Shown here in pieces: positions 9,025-19,812 of a DNA stretch of 64,000 nucleotides. Source of the stretch: Bacteroidota bacterium (GTDB lineage Bacteria; Bacteroidota; Ignavibacteria; UBA10030; UBA8401); assembly GCA_041658205.1 (NCBI GenBank), contig JBBAAO010000001.1, positions 710,800-774,799 on the forward strand, given 5' to 3'. Below the pieces are notes generated by a model. The model was not told the origin of the DNA. It searched no databases and saw only the letters and a program-made list of their open reading frames with translations. A program made the position numbers and the translations under genes. Position 1 is the stretch's first letter; every line of letters begins with the position of its first letter.

Positions 9025-10674
9025 ATGATCGGTTCTGAAATAAAGAAAGACGAAAATTTTAAGCGCAACGAAGAATTCCACAAGCGTTCGTTGAAGGAAC
9101 TGGAATCCTATGCTAGACAGGTTATGCTTGGCGGTGGTGTTGATGCAATGCTGAAGCATAAGAAAAAAGGGAAAATGACAGCCAGGGAACGGATCAATTT
9201 ACTGATCGATCCGAAATCGCATTTTTTGGAGGTTGGACTTTTTACTGCTTATGGAATGTATGAAGAATATGGCGGAGCGCCTTCCTCGGGAACAGTATTT
9301 GGAATCGGCAAAATCCACAATCATGATGTTGTTATCGTAGCAAACGATGCGACTGTGAAAGCAGGAGCGTGGTTTCCCATTACCGCAAAAAAGAATCTCC
9401 GCGCACAGGAAATTGCAATCGAAAATCGTCTGCCGATCGTTTATCTCGTCGACTCAGCAGGTGTTTTTCTACCGTTGCAGTCAGAAATTTTTCCTGATAA
9501 AGAACATTTTGGACGGATCTTCCGCAATAATGCCGTGATGTCCGCCATGGGTATAACACAAATCGCTGCGATTATGGGTCCATGCGTTGCCGGTGGAGCA
9601 TATCTTCCCATCATGAGCGACGAAGCGATGATTGTGGATAAAACTGGATCTGTCTTTCTTGCTGGCTCACATTTAGTGAAAGCGGCGATCGGTGAGGATA
9701 TCGACAATGAATCGCTCGGCGGTGCATCGGTCCATTGCGAGATTAGCGGTGTGACGGATCATAAGATGGCTAATGATGAAGCGGCGTTAAAAAAGATTAG
9801 AAGCATCATCAGTAAGCTGGGACATTTTCCGGTTGCAGGATTCAATTACGAAAAGCCTTCGAAGCCAAAATTCGATCCGAAAGAAATTTACGGCATATTA
9901 CCGACGGAACGAAACAAACCGTATGACACATATCAAATTCTTTCCCGCATTATCGACGATAGCGAACTGGATGAATACAAATCCGGATTTGGGAAGACTA
10001 TCATCTGCGGATACGCGAGAATAGACGGCTGGGCAGTCGGTATTGTTGCCAATCAGCGCGCCATCACCAAAACAGCAAAAGGGGAGATGCAAGTGGGAGG
10101 AGTAATTTATTCGGATAGTGCGGACAAAGCGACTCGGTTTATTTTGAATTGCAATCAAAAGAAAATTCCTCTAGTGTTCTTTCAGGATGTAACCGGATTT
10201 ATGGTTGGCAGTAGGAGCGAACATGGCGGCATCATTAAAGACGGCGCGAAGATGGTTAATGCCGTTGCAAATTCTGTCGTTCCAAAGTTCACGATTATTA
10301 CCGGGAACAGCTACGGCGCGGGAAATTATGCCATGTGCGGAAAAGCGTACGATCCGCGATTGATTTATGGATGGCATTCGGCGCAGATTGCTGTAATGGG
10401 AGGAAAGCAAGCGAGTGAGACCCTGCTTGCCATAAAAGTGCAGGCGATGGAAAAAGGGGGAACGCATATTTCCTCCGAACAGCAGAAACAATTGCTGGAT
10501 GAGATTCAGGCGAAGTATGAGAGTGAACTCGATCCAAAATTTGCGGCTGCCCGGCTTTGGGTGGACGGTATCATCGATCCGTTATTGACTCGCGATATCA
10601 TCTCGCGTGGAATTGCGATGGCGAATTGTAATCCGAATATGCCGGAGTTTAAGACGGGAGTTCTGCAGGTGTAA
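9025..10674 (+). CDS. Acyl-CoA carboxylase carboxyltransferase (beta) subunit, methylcrotonyl-/propionyl-CoA carboxylase family
   Basis: 549 aa. Carboxyltransferase N and C domains recognised (GGGVDAMLKHKKKGKMTARERI, MGPCVAGGAYLP). Adjacent to the isovaleryl-CoA dehydrogenase-like gene, which suggests leucine catabolism. Confidence 0.8.
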   Translation: MIGSEIKKDENFKRNEEFHKRSLKELESYARQVMLGGGVDAMLKHKKKGKMTARERINLLIDPKSHFLEVGLFTAYGMYEEYGGAPSSGTVFGIGKIHNHDVVIVANDATVKAGAWFPITAKKNLRAQEIAIENRLPIVYLVDSAGVFLPLQSEIFPDKEHFGRIFRNNAVMSAMGITQIAAIMGPCVAGGAYLPIMSDEAMIVDKTGSVFLAGSHLVKAAIGEDIDNESLGGASVHCEISGVTDHKMANDEAALKKIRSIISKLGHFPVAGFNYEKPSKPKFDPKEIYGILPTERNKPYDTYQILSRIIDDSELDEYKSGFGKTIICGYARIDGWAVGIVANQRAITKTAKGEMQVGGVIYSDSADKATRFILNCNQKKIPLVFFQDVTGFMVGSRSEHGGIIKDGAKMVNAVANSVVPKFTIITGNSYGAGNYAMCGKAYDPRLIYGWHSAQIAVMGGKQASETLLAIKVQAMEKGGTHISSEQQKQLLDEIQAKYESELDPKFAAARLWVDGIIDPLLTRDIISRGIAMANCNPNMPEFKTGVLQV

Positions 10675-10704
10675 GAGCGGTCGTTAGCTATTAGTTATTG
10701 AAAA

Positions 10705-11451
10705 TTGAATTCAAAAAAAGATGATGAAGTGAAGAGAACCAAAAAATTACCCATTACCCATTATCCATTATCGATTCTTTTTTTCATATTATTTTCGTTC
10801 ACTCTTCACGCTCAGTCGATCACTGAAGATACTGTTTGGTTAAATGACGATTGGTACTATTCTGCCGAAGATTCTTCGTTTATCGACCTTACCGATTTTC
10901 TTCCCACTTTTTTTAACGACGAGGCCCATCTTAAACGATATCTTCGTAATAAACGCTTCATTGAACTTCGCAAACTTTATGATGACACTCTTGCGGTTGA
11001 TGCGATCTATGATCGGGCAATGCTTATTGCCGATGGAGATGTCCGTCACGCACTCCTCATTGCTACTCTAGCTGTTATGGATCATCGAACATTGGGAATT
11101 AATGTTCCTCTCTTCGGTTCAATCTATTTCCCGCTGACATTTGAAAACGATTCACTCTTTCGGCTTCGTCGGACGAATCTTCCCAAAAAACTTCTCAATG
11201 ATAAACAGCGAAGCAGCGATAAGGATAAGCTGCAGCATTTTTTCGGTTCAGCATTTTTGGCATATTCAACAAATTCTCATGTTATCTCAGAATGGATTGG
11301 GGATCTTCTGGAAATCGGTGAAAATCGTTTTGTGCTGGGAGGAAAAAATGATCCGCGGGATAAACTGGCAAATGCAAAAGGGAGAGAATTTGGTTTACGA
11401 TTACTGAGGGATGAACAACTGCTGCCTAGTGATATATTGTGGGGAGAATGA
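10705..11451 (+). CDS. Hypothetical secreted protein
   Basis: 248 aa with an N-terminal hydrophobic signal region (LSILFFILFSFTLHAQS). No recognised domain. Confidence 0.45.
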   Translation: MNSKKDDEVKRTKKLPITHYPLSILFFILFSFTLHAQSITEDTVWLNDDWYYSAEDSSFIDLTDFLPTFFNDEAHLKRYLRNKRFIELRKLYDDTLAVDAIYDRAMLIADGDVRHALLIATLAVMDHRTLGINVPLFGSIYFPLTFENDSLFRLRRTNLPKKLLNDKQRSSDKDKLQHFFGSAFLAYSTNSHVISEWIGDLLEIGENRFVLGGKNDPRDKLANAKGREFGLRLLRDEQLLPSDILWGE

Positions 11452-11467
11452 AACCTTGTCAAGAATA

Positions 11468-11498
11468 AACTTCCGAAGTCGTAGAGACTTCGGAAGTT
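11468..11498. terminator. Bidirectional intrinsic terminator: perfect 13-bp stem (aacttccgaagtc / gacttcggaagtt) with a 5-nt loop, between convergent genes
   Basis: Read directly from the sequence. Flanked by A/T-rich runs on both sides. Confidence 0.7.
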
Positions 11499-11508
11499 TG
11501 AATAATAG

Positions 11509-11931
11509 TTACGCTGCAGGTGCTGACTCACCTTTGGTATAAAATTTCCCAACCGTTATTCCCAAGACTATTCCCCAAATAATGCCATAAATGATCGAAG
11601 CCCAAACGAAGCCGTACATCATTCCCTGAAACATTAAATAAGGGAAGAACATCGTGGGGAAGTTCATGGTAACGCCGTAATACATTCCAAATTTCATTCC
11701 GCCCTGCAATCCTCCGCCAAAACTTCCATACACTTTATCATAAAACCACACAAAGATTGCCACCATCAAAAAATCCAGTGCCACATATATTGCCGGATTT
11801 ACGTCTGTTCTCATTCCCGACATTTTGGAGTAGAACATGTTCTGAAATAACATTCCCTGCACAATAAAATCAAGGATATTTACTACAATACCGGCGATGA
11901 CAACAGCCATCCAGTAATTCTTGCTCATCAT
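11509..11931 (-). CDS. Small integral membrane protein (DUF1761-like)
   Basis: 140 aa with four predicted TM helices. N-terminus MMSKNYWMAVVIAGIVVNILDFIVQG resembles the DUF1761 family. Confidence 0.45.
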   Translation of the reverse strand: MMSKNYWMAVVIAGIVVNILDFIVQGMLFQNMFYSKMSGMRTDVNPAIYVALDFLMVAIFVWFYDKVYGSFGGGLQGGMKFGMYYGVTMNFPTMFFPYLMFQGMMYGFVWASIIYGIIWGIVLGITVGKFYTKGESAPAA

Positions 11932-12083
11932 AACAACCTCCTGTGAGATATGAAGGAACGGCGGATTGATCCGCCATGAATTCGGAGCGCAAGGTATGAA
12001 TTCACAAAGTGAGTGTCAAGAATGATTTTTTTGAGCAGTGACAATTCTTATCAGCGAGTGTATCTGAGGAGGGACAGAAATGA

Positions 12084-12983
12084 TTACAGCCAATGTTTTT
12101 TCTTAAACCAGCTATAGATTCCTATAGTGATAAGAGCCATCGCTATAAGCACAACCGGGTATCCGTAGGGAGTCCGAAGTTCCGGCATGAACTCGAAGTT
12201 CATACCATAAATACCAACAATAAATGTGAGCGGCATAAAGAAGACAGAAAATAACGTCAGCACGCGAACCACTTCGTTTGTTCGTTGGGATGAGATGGAT
12301 ATGTAAAGATTCAATAAGTTGTTTGCATTTTCAATTGTTTGATCGTACGACGTTTCCAGACTGAGAAAAAATTCACGAAGATCCTGATGGACGGGTGCAG
12401 TAGTATTCTTATCCAAATTGTCAATGATCGTCTTAGAAAGCCGAAGGATCCGCAAACAGACTGCTGCTTTCCTTTTAAGTTGATACAGCTTTCGCAGCAC
12501 AGCGTGAGTTTGATTTTTCAGGACAATCAGCGTTTCCAGCTGGTCGAGCTCCGTCTCAAGGGTGAGCGATGGAGTAACATACGATTGAAGAATATAATAC
12601 AATATTTTGATCAGCAGATCGTTCGGTGTTGCTACTTGCGCCGAATCAAAATATTTCGATCTGATGGCTTCAAGAAACGGTTGTTCGCCTCGGTGGATGG
12701 TGATAATGAAGTTCTTCCCGACAAAGATCGCCACCTTATTACTGATATCCTGAATAGAATCGGCATCACGAAGAGAAAGGTGATCGTATATCCTTGCAAT
12801 GATAAAAATTGTGCTTTCGATCCATTCAAACTTCGGAAGATGTTCCGGCTGTAAACTGTCCTGAACAGAATTGCTGTGAAGAGAATACTCATCCGCGATT
12901 TTGCGTAATTCCTCGGCGGTCGGATTAATAACATCGAGCCACTCAAATTTCTTTTTCCCCTTATTTTGATAACGCGTTATCAT
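12084..12983 (-). CDS. corA: Magnesium/cobalt transporter CorA
   Basis: 299 aa. C-terminal TM pair with the GMN signature (YGMNFEFMPEL). Confidence 0.85.
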   Translation of the reverse strand: MITRYQNKGKKKFEWLDVINPTAEELRKIADEYSLHSNSVQDSLQPEHLPKFEWIESTIFIIARIYDHLSLRDADSIQDISNKVAIFVGKNFIITIHRGEQPFLEAIRSKYFDSAQVATPNDLLIKILYYILQSYVTPSLTLETELDQLETLIVLKNQTHAVLRKLYQLKRKAAVCLRILRLSKTIIDNLDKNTTAPVHQDLREFFLSLETSYDQTIENANNLLNLYISISSQRTNEVVRVLTLFSVFFMPLTFIVGIYGMNFEFMPELRTPYGYPVVLIAMALITIGIYSWFKKKHWL

Positions 12984-13080
12984 TACTGCTGCAAAGATAA
13001 CGAAACTTTTTTCTAAAAGTTATTAGAAACATCTCAAGATTGGTGGCCAAATTTATCGATCTGAAGAGATTTGTATAATG

Positions 13081-14478
13081 TTACAGCGAAACGGAGAGGA
13101 TTATTGCAGCCTTTCGTCCACCGTCAGTTTTTGGTGTTGAGGAAACGGATGATGGTACGCCAGGCGCAGGAGTAATACTCGGTATTGATTTCCTGTATGT
13201 AATTGAAAGAGGAATATATTGATCAAGAAGTGCTGATATAGTAAAACGGTCGAACGAGACTTGATACTGAACACCGAGACCCACTAAATGGATATCGCTG
13301 ATTGAGAAGGGAGTTCGGGTGAAATTTTTCATTCCAAAGACAAGAAATTCCGGCTCCCAATGTTCGATTACAGCATCAGGCAGAATTCTATGATAAGATA
13401 ATTTCGTCGTCAATGTCGATGTTTCGAATACAAAATCAGCAGAAGTAGCCAAAGCATGATGTTTCAATGTACCGCTGAGTTGATAGTTTAATTTATTGGT
13501 GATGATGGAAGCGGCGAGGGTGGTGAATGGCCATGATTCAACTTGTCCTAATCCCGCTACGGAAAGCTGTCCAAACGAATATTCTGCCGAAATCGGAGTA
13601 CCGAACACTTTAGTGAGAATGCCTGCCATATAACGGGAATGTTTTCCTGATCCGTCAACAAAATCACCGAATGAAATATTATTCTTTTTAAATGTTAATT
13701 CTGTCCGGTATTCTTCAGTTTCAATTTCCGCAGTCAGGGAAGATGACTCCAGAAATGTGTAATGCACTGCAATTTTCTTTCCGAAGGAATGAAAATCAAA
13801 ATTCATTCCATACAAATTTGATATAGTGAAATCAGTTCCGTCAGATTCGATATAGTCGATCTCAGTTCGAAAGTCCGAAAAAGGTTTACTTCGAATTGTA
13901 TATGATACAGTTGTTATGGGAGGAAGATCGCGAAACGGTACGATAAAATCCTGAAATGTTAACGCCGTTGTATATTGAAAGGGATTGCGCTGTAATGAAA
14001 TTCCGGCATCTAGTAAACCGTTAAAAGGATCCACTCCAATAGAAACCCTGTATTTCATTTCCATAGACGAAGTGTTTAATGGAGCCGTCAATTCCAGAAG
14101 GTAATTGAAGAAGGAGAGAGAGTTTGCGTAAAGCAATCCTATTGTTTGCAATTCATTGCTGAAGGAAGAAGTAAATTTGGACCGATATTGATTTACAGCA
14201 GCATAGTGTTCGAATGTCCGAATTGCAACGGAAAGAGATTCTTTGCCCGACATCGCCGCAAGATAAGCGAACGATTCCTTGGAAAAGGCGATTGTTCTGG
14301 AGTTTATTGAGCGCTGCCGAAAAATATCGAAATAAGAAGATCCTGAAGAAATATGAAATGTATAACCAGAATCAGATTGAGCTGTCAACGGATCAATCAA
14401 TAAAATGAAGAGAAAAAAAAAGCGTGCACAATTTCGATGATGAAATGGCGCACGCTTTTTTGACTTATGTGTTAACAT
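13081..14478 (-). CDS. Hypothetical secreted/outer-membrane protein
   Basis: 465 aa with a signal peptide. Beta-rich, Ser/Thr/Tyr-rich composition. Overlaps the upstream gene by 1 nt, so likely an operon. Confidence 0.45.
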   Translation of the reverse strand: MLTHKSKKRAPFHHRNCARFFFLFILLIDPLTAQSDSGYTFHISSGSSYFDIFRQRSINSRTIAFSKESFAYLAAMSGKESLSVAIRTFEHYAAVNQYRSKFTSSFSNELQTIGLLYANSLSFFNYLLELTAPLNTSSMEMKYRVSIGVDPFNGLLDAGISLQRNPFQYTTALTFQDFIVPFRDLPPITTVSYTIRSKPFSDFRTEIDYIESDGTDFTISNLYGMNFDFHSFGKKIAVHYTFLESSSLTAEIETEEYRTELTFKKNNISFGDFVDGSGKHSRYMAGILTKVFGTPISAEYSFGQLSVAGLGQVESWPFTTLAASIITNKLNYQLSGTLKHHALATSADFVFETSTLTTKLSYHRILPDAVIEHWEPEFLVFGMKNFTRTPFSISDIHLVGLGVQYQVSFDRFTISALLDQYIPLSITYRKSIPSITPAPGVPSSVSSTPKTDGGRKAAIILSVSL

Positions 14479-16268
14479 TATGGAATGGTGATCGAAACGG
14501 TATTCGTATAATTGTTTGCCCGTTGTGCAAAAAAGTCATGACTATACAGATTATATCCTCGAGAGGCACGATACTGATACGTTGCTCCGGAATTGACGTT
14601 CAGATCGGTATACATTGAAGTATACGCTGAATCGATCTTAACAAATGATCCGTTATTGACAGCTCGTTCTATAAAATAATTTGCATACTGTTGAAGATTG
14701 ACAGTGACACTATTTGGTGATGTATTTCGTGTTGCCGTAATATTTTGAGGTGAACGTGTGAGATCGACAGCAATGAAACTATACGATTTTAGTTTTACCG
14801 TTGGTATTTTCCCGAAAAACTCTACCGGCACATTTTGACCGTCTCTGACAATATTTATACTTTGAACAGGTTGAGTATTATTATTGGCAATATAAAACGT
14901 CGAATATCCCCAATTGTTCATGGATTTTGGAGAATATGTTGTCCCGTTGATTGTCATTGTTATCGTGGTATTGGCGGGACTGTTATAATTATCCAACAAG
15001 GATATTTCAACTCTCCATGCGAACGCTTCATCGATATACATAATCCGTTTTAATGTTTCATTCGTCATTCCGGGAAACAATCCGCTGAATGTGGGATCGG
15101 GAAAGGTGAATGATGCGTAATCCTGCGCCTGCCATCGAAACAGCAGATCACCATGGGATGTTGAGTCGATGGTGTACACTGGGAGCCATGCCGATTTCGG
15201 ATTTTGCGGAAGGTTATTATAGAAATTATTCAAGCTTACGGTAATGGTATAATCGTTGTTGTCTGAATCTGCATCTTTCACCTCTATACTGTATGTCCCC
15301 GTCAACGCCGTTTCAATCTTTCCGAGATAGACCAACATCGTATCCAGATCTTTAACTGCTACGCCGTCATTTCCTCGTTTAATGATATCATCATCCTGAT
15401 TGTCCGATTCGCTCTTCAGGAAATTGACTCCGCTCCGCAGTTTCCCAACCGCACCAACCAGTGAAGATTTTACACTCTGTGCCCTCGCCGCGCCGTCGGA
15501 TGCCAAAACGAAAAAGGTTGTACTGTTTTGTTGCAATGCTGCAACAGCAGCTTTGGTCGTATACGAAGCAAGTTCAAATTTAAATACAAGAAACTGTTCA
15601 ACAACGGATTTCATGCTGTGAAGTGCGGCGTCCATGATGTATACTTCGGTGAGGTCAAGATAGACATCTTTTTTCAGTGCACCTCCCTGCATTTTTCCAC
15701 TGATCCGAAGTTCAAATGCAGGATTGGTTTCGACCACTGCAAGACGTGCAATAGCATAATTGATACGCGGAAGGAGTTTGTCGCGCATTAAGTTCTGCAT
15801 TTCGGTGATTGTCGGCGGATTGGAAGTAGCTGTTTGAATAATTTTTACAAGATTAGATCCGAGTAATTGTGTCGGTACGGTCATATCTTTTGTTCCGGAA
15901 GGGAGCCCAAAATGAAACATGGGGGGATATTTAATTGTCGATCCACCCTGCCAACGATTAATCGTATTTTTCACCGCCGTGTCTGAAAGTGTAGCCAATA
16001 TATGACTGAATGCTGCTCCAAAATTTGCAGTTGCATTCGATGGATCTGCTGCAACGGCATCCATATAAAGTTTTTCAGCATTGGTAAAATTCTTGTTTTC
16101 AATATCCCCCGGTACAGCAAAGAGATTTTCCAGTTCCGTGTACGCCTGTGTAGATTTTTCGTTGGAAGTCTTCGAGTCAACGGAATCGGTGGTTGGCGTC
16201 TGATCGCATGAAGAAAAAAATAATAAAAGCGAAATAGAAAGAATAATGAACAACAGTCTGTTTTTCAT
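14478..16268 (-). CDS. Hypothetical lipoprotein
   Basis: Start trimmed to MKNRLLFIILSISLLLFFSSC (a lipobox). 596 aa. No recognised catalytic motif. Confidence 0.5.
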   Translation of the reverse strand: MKNRLLFIILSISLLLFFSSCDQTPTTDSVDSKTSNEKSTQAYTELENLFAVPGDIENKNFTNAEKLYMDAVAADPSNATANFGAAFSHILATLSDTAVKNTINRWQGGSTIKYPPMFHFGLPSGTKDMTVPTQLLGSNLVKIIQTATSNPPTITEMQNLMRDKLLPRINYAIARLAVVETNPAFELRISGKMQGGALKKDVYLDLTEVYIMDAALHSMKSVVEQFLVFKFELASYTTKAAVAALQQNSTTFFVLASDGAARAQSVKSSLVGAVGKLRSGVNFLKSESDNQDDDIIKRGNDGVAVKDLDTMLVYLGKIETALTGTYSIEVKDADSDNNDYTITVSLNNFYNNLPQNPKSAWLPVYTIDSTSHGDLLFRWQAQDYASFTFPDPTFSGLFPGMTNETLKRIMYIDEAFAWRVEISLLDNYNSPANTTITMTINGTTYSPKSMNNWGYSTFYIANNNTQPVQSINIVRDGQNVPVEFFGKIPTVKLKSYSFIAVDLTRSPQNITATRNTSPNSVTVNLQQYANYFIERAVNNGSFVKIDSAYTSMYTDLNVNSGATYQYRASRGYNLYSHDFFAQRANNYTNTVSITIP

Positions 16269-16404
16269 AAAGTCTCCGGTAAAAAAAATCAAGGTTAAAA
16301 AGTGAATCTGTGAAAAGATTGTTAAACAAAAGAATTCGTTCTAACAATAATATTGAAGAGTTACCTTATCGGATGTGAGTGAAAACTACCTACAGTGGAA
16401 ATAT

Positions 16405-17139
16405 TCAAAATATTTTTCTTTTACGCAAGACTTCATACATGACAATTGCTCCGGCTACGGATGCATTGAGCGATTCAAAATCCCCTTTCATTGGGATTTT
16501 CACAAGAAAATCGCATTTATCTTTCACCAATCGACGCATTCCTTTTCCTTCGTTTCCGATCACTAATGCGACAGGAACGGAGTAGTCTACTTCCGTGAAA
16601 TTCTTTTGTGCGGTCATCTCGGTCCCAACAATCCAAACACCGTTCTCTTTTAATTCGTCAATTGTCTGAGCAATGTTCGTTACGCGCGCCATAGGGAACT
16701 GCATGCTGGCGCCGGCAGAAGTTTTTACGACAGTTTCATTCACCGGTGCATTATGATGTTTCGGTATGATACCACCGTGTGCGCCGGTGCAGACCGCTGT
16801 GCGGATCAGTGCGCCGAGGTTGTGTACATCTTCTATCTCATCGAAGATAAGAAAAAAGGGTTGTTCGTTTTTTGCTTTTGCAACGTCGAACAACTGGCTG
16901 ATATCAGAAAATTCTTTTGTCCCTACGAACGCAAGAACTCCCTGCGTATTTTGAGTTTGTGCTGTTTTCGAAATCTGATCGGCAGGAGTAAGTTTGTAAG
17001 GAATATTTTTTTGCCGGGCAATTTTGATGATTTCATCGACCACTTCTCCGTGGGAATTCTGCGCGATCATCAGTTTATCGATCGGTGTATTCGATTTGAG
17101 CGCGTCCAGAACTGGTTTTCGACCGGTAATAAGATTCAT
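16405..17139 (-). CDS. rlmB: TrmH/SpoU family rRNA 2'-O-methyltransferase (RlmB-like)
   Basis: 244 aa. N-terminal substrate-binding domain (GRKPVLDALKSN) plus SPOUT motifs (LIFDEIEDVHNLGALIRTA, VIGNEGKGM). Confidence 0.8.
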   Translation of the reverse strand: MNLITGRKPVLDALKSNTPIDKLMIAQNSHGEVVDEIIKIARQKNIPYKLTPADQISKTAQTQNTQGVLAFVGTKEFSDISQLFDVAKAKNEQPFFLIFDEIEDVHNLGALIRTAVCTGAHGGIIPKHHNAPVNETVVKTSAGASMQFPMARVTNIAQTIDELKENGVWIVGTEMTAQKNFTEVDYSVPVALVIGNEGKGMRRLVKDKCDFLVKIPMKGDFESLNASVAGAIVMYEVLRKRKIF

Positions 17140-17140
17140 G

Positions 17141-17962
17141 TTACAATGCCGATGTTTTTTTAATCCGTTGAATAGAATTCAGTCCGATTGCACCGATGGC
17201 AATAAGAACGAGAGAGATGATCTGAGCTTCGCTTAATCCAAATAACAGCCGGGGATTTAATCGGAAAAATTCTACAGAAAACCGTTCAATACCTGCCAAT
17301 ACGAGATATGCTGAGAACATTTGTCCTTCTGCATTCCATTTCTCGCGATTCTTCCAGAGGATCATGAAAAAGAGAGAACAGATGATCGTTTCGTATATGG
17401 GAGTGGGATGGCAGAGTGTATTATCGGGAACAATGCCGTTCGGGAATAGTGAAGTCACTTCCGGAAAATTTCTAAATGCCGCTGAAGGAGGATAAGTGCC
17501 GTTCGAATAATCAGTTCCCCAGGGAAGATTCGTAGGAAAACCGTAATCACCGTCGCCGGCAAGATGGCATCCGATTCGCGCCAACCCATAGGCAAGGATG
17601 ATTGCCGGTGCGATGGAATCTCCGATAGTAATGAATTTAATTTTCTTTTTCTTGGAGTAAATATAGACGGAAACGGTCGAAAGAATAAATCCGCCGTAAA
17701 ATGTCAATCCCCCCGGGGAGAAGGTCATTCCGATGGGATCTTGAATGAAGAGATTCCAATTTTCTAAAAGGTACAACAGTTTGGAACCTGAAACTCCCGC
17801 AATGAGTGCAATAAGTGTAATATTAGAAGCGAGATCAGGATGAAGTTTTCTTCGTTTGAATTCTTTGGCAAGAAGATAGTTGCCGATCAAAAAGGAGAGT
17901 CCCATCATCAGTCCAAAACTGTAGATGGTGATACCGCCAAAGGAGAATATAACTGGATGCAT
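17141..17962 (-). CDS. lgt: Prolipoprotein diacylglyceryl transferase
   Basis: 273 aa polytopic membrane protein. MHPVIFSFGGITIYSFGLMMGLSFLIG and the downstream region GCHLAGDGDYG match the Lgt signature. Confidence 0.85.
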   Translation of the reverse strand: MHPVIFSFGGITIYSFGLMMGLSFLIGNYLLAKEFKRRKLHPDLASNITLIALIAGVSGSKLLYLLENWNLFIQDPIGMTFSPGGLTFYGGFILSTVSVYIYSKKKKIKFITIGDSIAPAIILAYGLARIGCHLAGDGDYGFPTNLPWGTDYSNGTYPPSAAFRNFPEVTSLFPNGIVPDNTLCHPTPIYETIICSLFFMILWKNREKWNAEGQMFSAYLVLAGIERFSVEFFRLNPRLLFGLSEAQIISLVLIAIGAIGLNSIQRIKKTSAL

Positions 17963-18453
17963 TAAGGTTTCGTCTTTTTAATTTTTTGTTTTTTAACTGC
18001 CGGGTCACGATGGATGTCCGGTTTTGGTTCTGCCATCACTACGTCGTTGATCCTGTTCGTCTGGAATTCATGTTGGTCTGTGTAAATTCTTAAGAATGAA
18101 CTTGTTTCTTTTGTTGATTTGAATGCCGCTGCGGAAAATGTAAATTCCGTATCTGCCTTTATCTTATCTTTTTTTACAAGAGTGAAATGAACTTTTTTCG
18201 GCAAGTCAAAATAGACCGTGTGAAACTGCGCCGTTCCGGTCGCCGGCATGTTCATTGAAGGAGCGCGCAATCCGCGCAGTGTCCAAATTACTCTGTCTCC
18301 CTTAACTTCCTCTTTCACATCAATCACATAACTGAAATTCGTGAACTGTTTAGATGTCTCAAGCAGGAAAAGGATCCCCGCTTTTTTTAATGTCTCATCA
18401 AACGTCGGTTGAACCAATAAGCGGTATTCAATTGATTGTTTCTTTTGCGTCAT
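17962..18453 (-). CDS. Hypothetical protein
   Basis: 163 aa, basic. Overlaps the lgt start by 1 nt. No recognised domain. Confidence 0.4.
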   Translation of the reverse strand: MTQKKQSIEYRLLVQPTFDETLKKAGILFLLETSKQFTNFSYVIDVKEEVKGDRVIWTLRGLRAPSMNMPATGTAQFHTVYFDLPKKVHFTLVKKDKIKADTEFTFSAAAFKSTKETSSFLRIYTDQHEFQTNRINDVVMAEPKPDIHRDPAVKKQKIKKTKP

Positions 18454-18489
18454 AAAAACCTATATTCGGTTGACGCAGAAGCGGCACCG

Positions 18490-19740
18490 TTATTTTTTGA
18501 AAAATCCGACGATCTCACTTAACAAAATATCCTGTTGGGTATGGTCAGTAAGATTTTTCAACAATGCTTTACCACTTTTAAGTTCCATTGTTCCCACAAC
18601 TAATGAAAATTCCGCCTGCTGTCTGTCCGCTTCTTTCATCTGCGATTTCAAACTCCGTGCAAGCAGATCGTATTCCGAAGCAATTCCGTTTGACCGCAGA
18701 TTCATCGTGGTTTTGAGAACCCATTCGCGTGCAGATTCATCTGCTGCCGCGATGAAGATTTTTGGATTAAGTTTCGGCGGTTGAAATCCTTTTTTTTCCA
18801 GGATCATCATCAACCGTTCCAACCCGGCTGCAAAACCGACGCTGGGTGTTTGTTTCCCGCCAAGCTCCTTCACTAACAGATCGTACCGTCCGCCGCCCGC
18901 AAGAGCATCCTGCGAACCAAGTTCGGTACTGGTGATCTCAAAAGCTGTCTTTGTATAATAATCTAATCCTCGTACCAATCGTCCATTTACGGTGAATGGA
19001 ATTCCATATGCTGTGAGAAGCGATTTTACTTTTTCAAAATGCTTGGAACACTCTTCATTCAAATGATCGGTGATGAGAGGCATCGATGCCGTGAGTTTCT
19101 GATCGTTTTCATCTTTAGAATCGAGAACGCGCATTGGATTCTGATTAATCCGTTTTTGACTTTCAAAAGAAAGTTTGTCGGCGATCTTTTTCAGTTCTTC
19201 GCGAAGGATCTCTTTATATTTCGGGCGGCATTCTTCGTCACCGACGGAGTTGATCTGTAAAGAATAATTCGTGATTCCCAGTCTCTTATAGATCTCGATC
19301 GTCATCGCGATGATCTCTACATCGGTTTCCGGTGTCGGCGATCCGATTGCTTCTGCACCGAACTGATGGAATTGTCGAAGTCTGCCTGCCTGCGGACGTT
19401 CCTGACGAAACATCGGACCGATATAATAGACTTTGGAAAGCGGCAGCGATTCGCCAAGATTATTTTGAATGTAAGCGCGGATAGCAGATGCTGTTCCTTC
19501 AGGGCGAAGCGTGATGCTGTCACCGCTTCTATCTTGAAATGTGTACATTTCTTTTCCGACAATATCCGTCAATTCACCGATGCTTCTGGCAAAGAGGGAT
19601 GTCGATTCAAAAATTGGTGTCCGGATCTCTTTGTAGTTGAATTGTTGAAATACTTCACGGATCGTCGATTCGACGAACTGCCACAATGACGATTCGGAAG
19701 GAAGAATATCTTTTGTGCCTTTGATTGAACGGTAATTCAC
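18490..19740 (-). CDS. hisS: Histidine--tRNA ligase
   Basis: 416 aa. Class II aaRS motifs (GPMFRQERPQAGRLRQFHQ, GGGRYD) and a C-terminal anticodon-binding domain. Confidence 0.9.
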   Translation of the reverse strand: MNYRSIKGTKDILPSESSLWQFVESTIREVFQQFNYKEIRTPIFESTSLFARSIGELTDIVGKEMYTFQDRSGDSITLRPEGTASAIRAYIQNNLGESLPLSKVYYIGPMFRQERPQAGRLRQFHQFGAEAIGSPTPETDVEIIAMTIEIYKRLGITNYSLQINSVGDEECRPKYKEILREELKKIADKLSFESQKRINQNPMRVLDSKDENDQKLTASMPLITDHLNEECSKHFEKVKSLLTAYGIPFTVNGRLVRGLDYYTKTAFEITSTELGSQDALAGGGRYDLLVKELGGKQTPSVGFAAGLERLMMILEKKGFQPPKLNPKIFIAAADESAREWVLKTTMNLRSNGIASEYDLLARSLKSQMKEADRQQAEFSLVVGTMELKSGKALLKNLTDHTQQDILLSEIVGFFKK

Positions 19741-19812
19741 AGGATACAGTATAGTAATGAGAAGAGGGTCTTCGGGCGTTGTGATGCAATAAGAAGGATC
19801 AAAACCATGTTC

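Noticed and set aside
12339-12854. 171-aa plus-strand ORF opposite corA
   Set aside because: Antisense to corA, which has the diagnostic GMN motif. No independent evidence.
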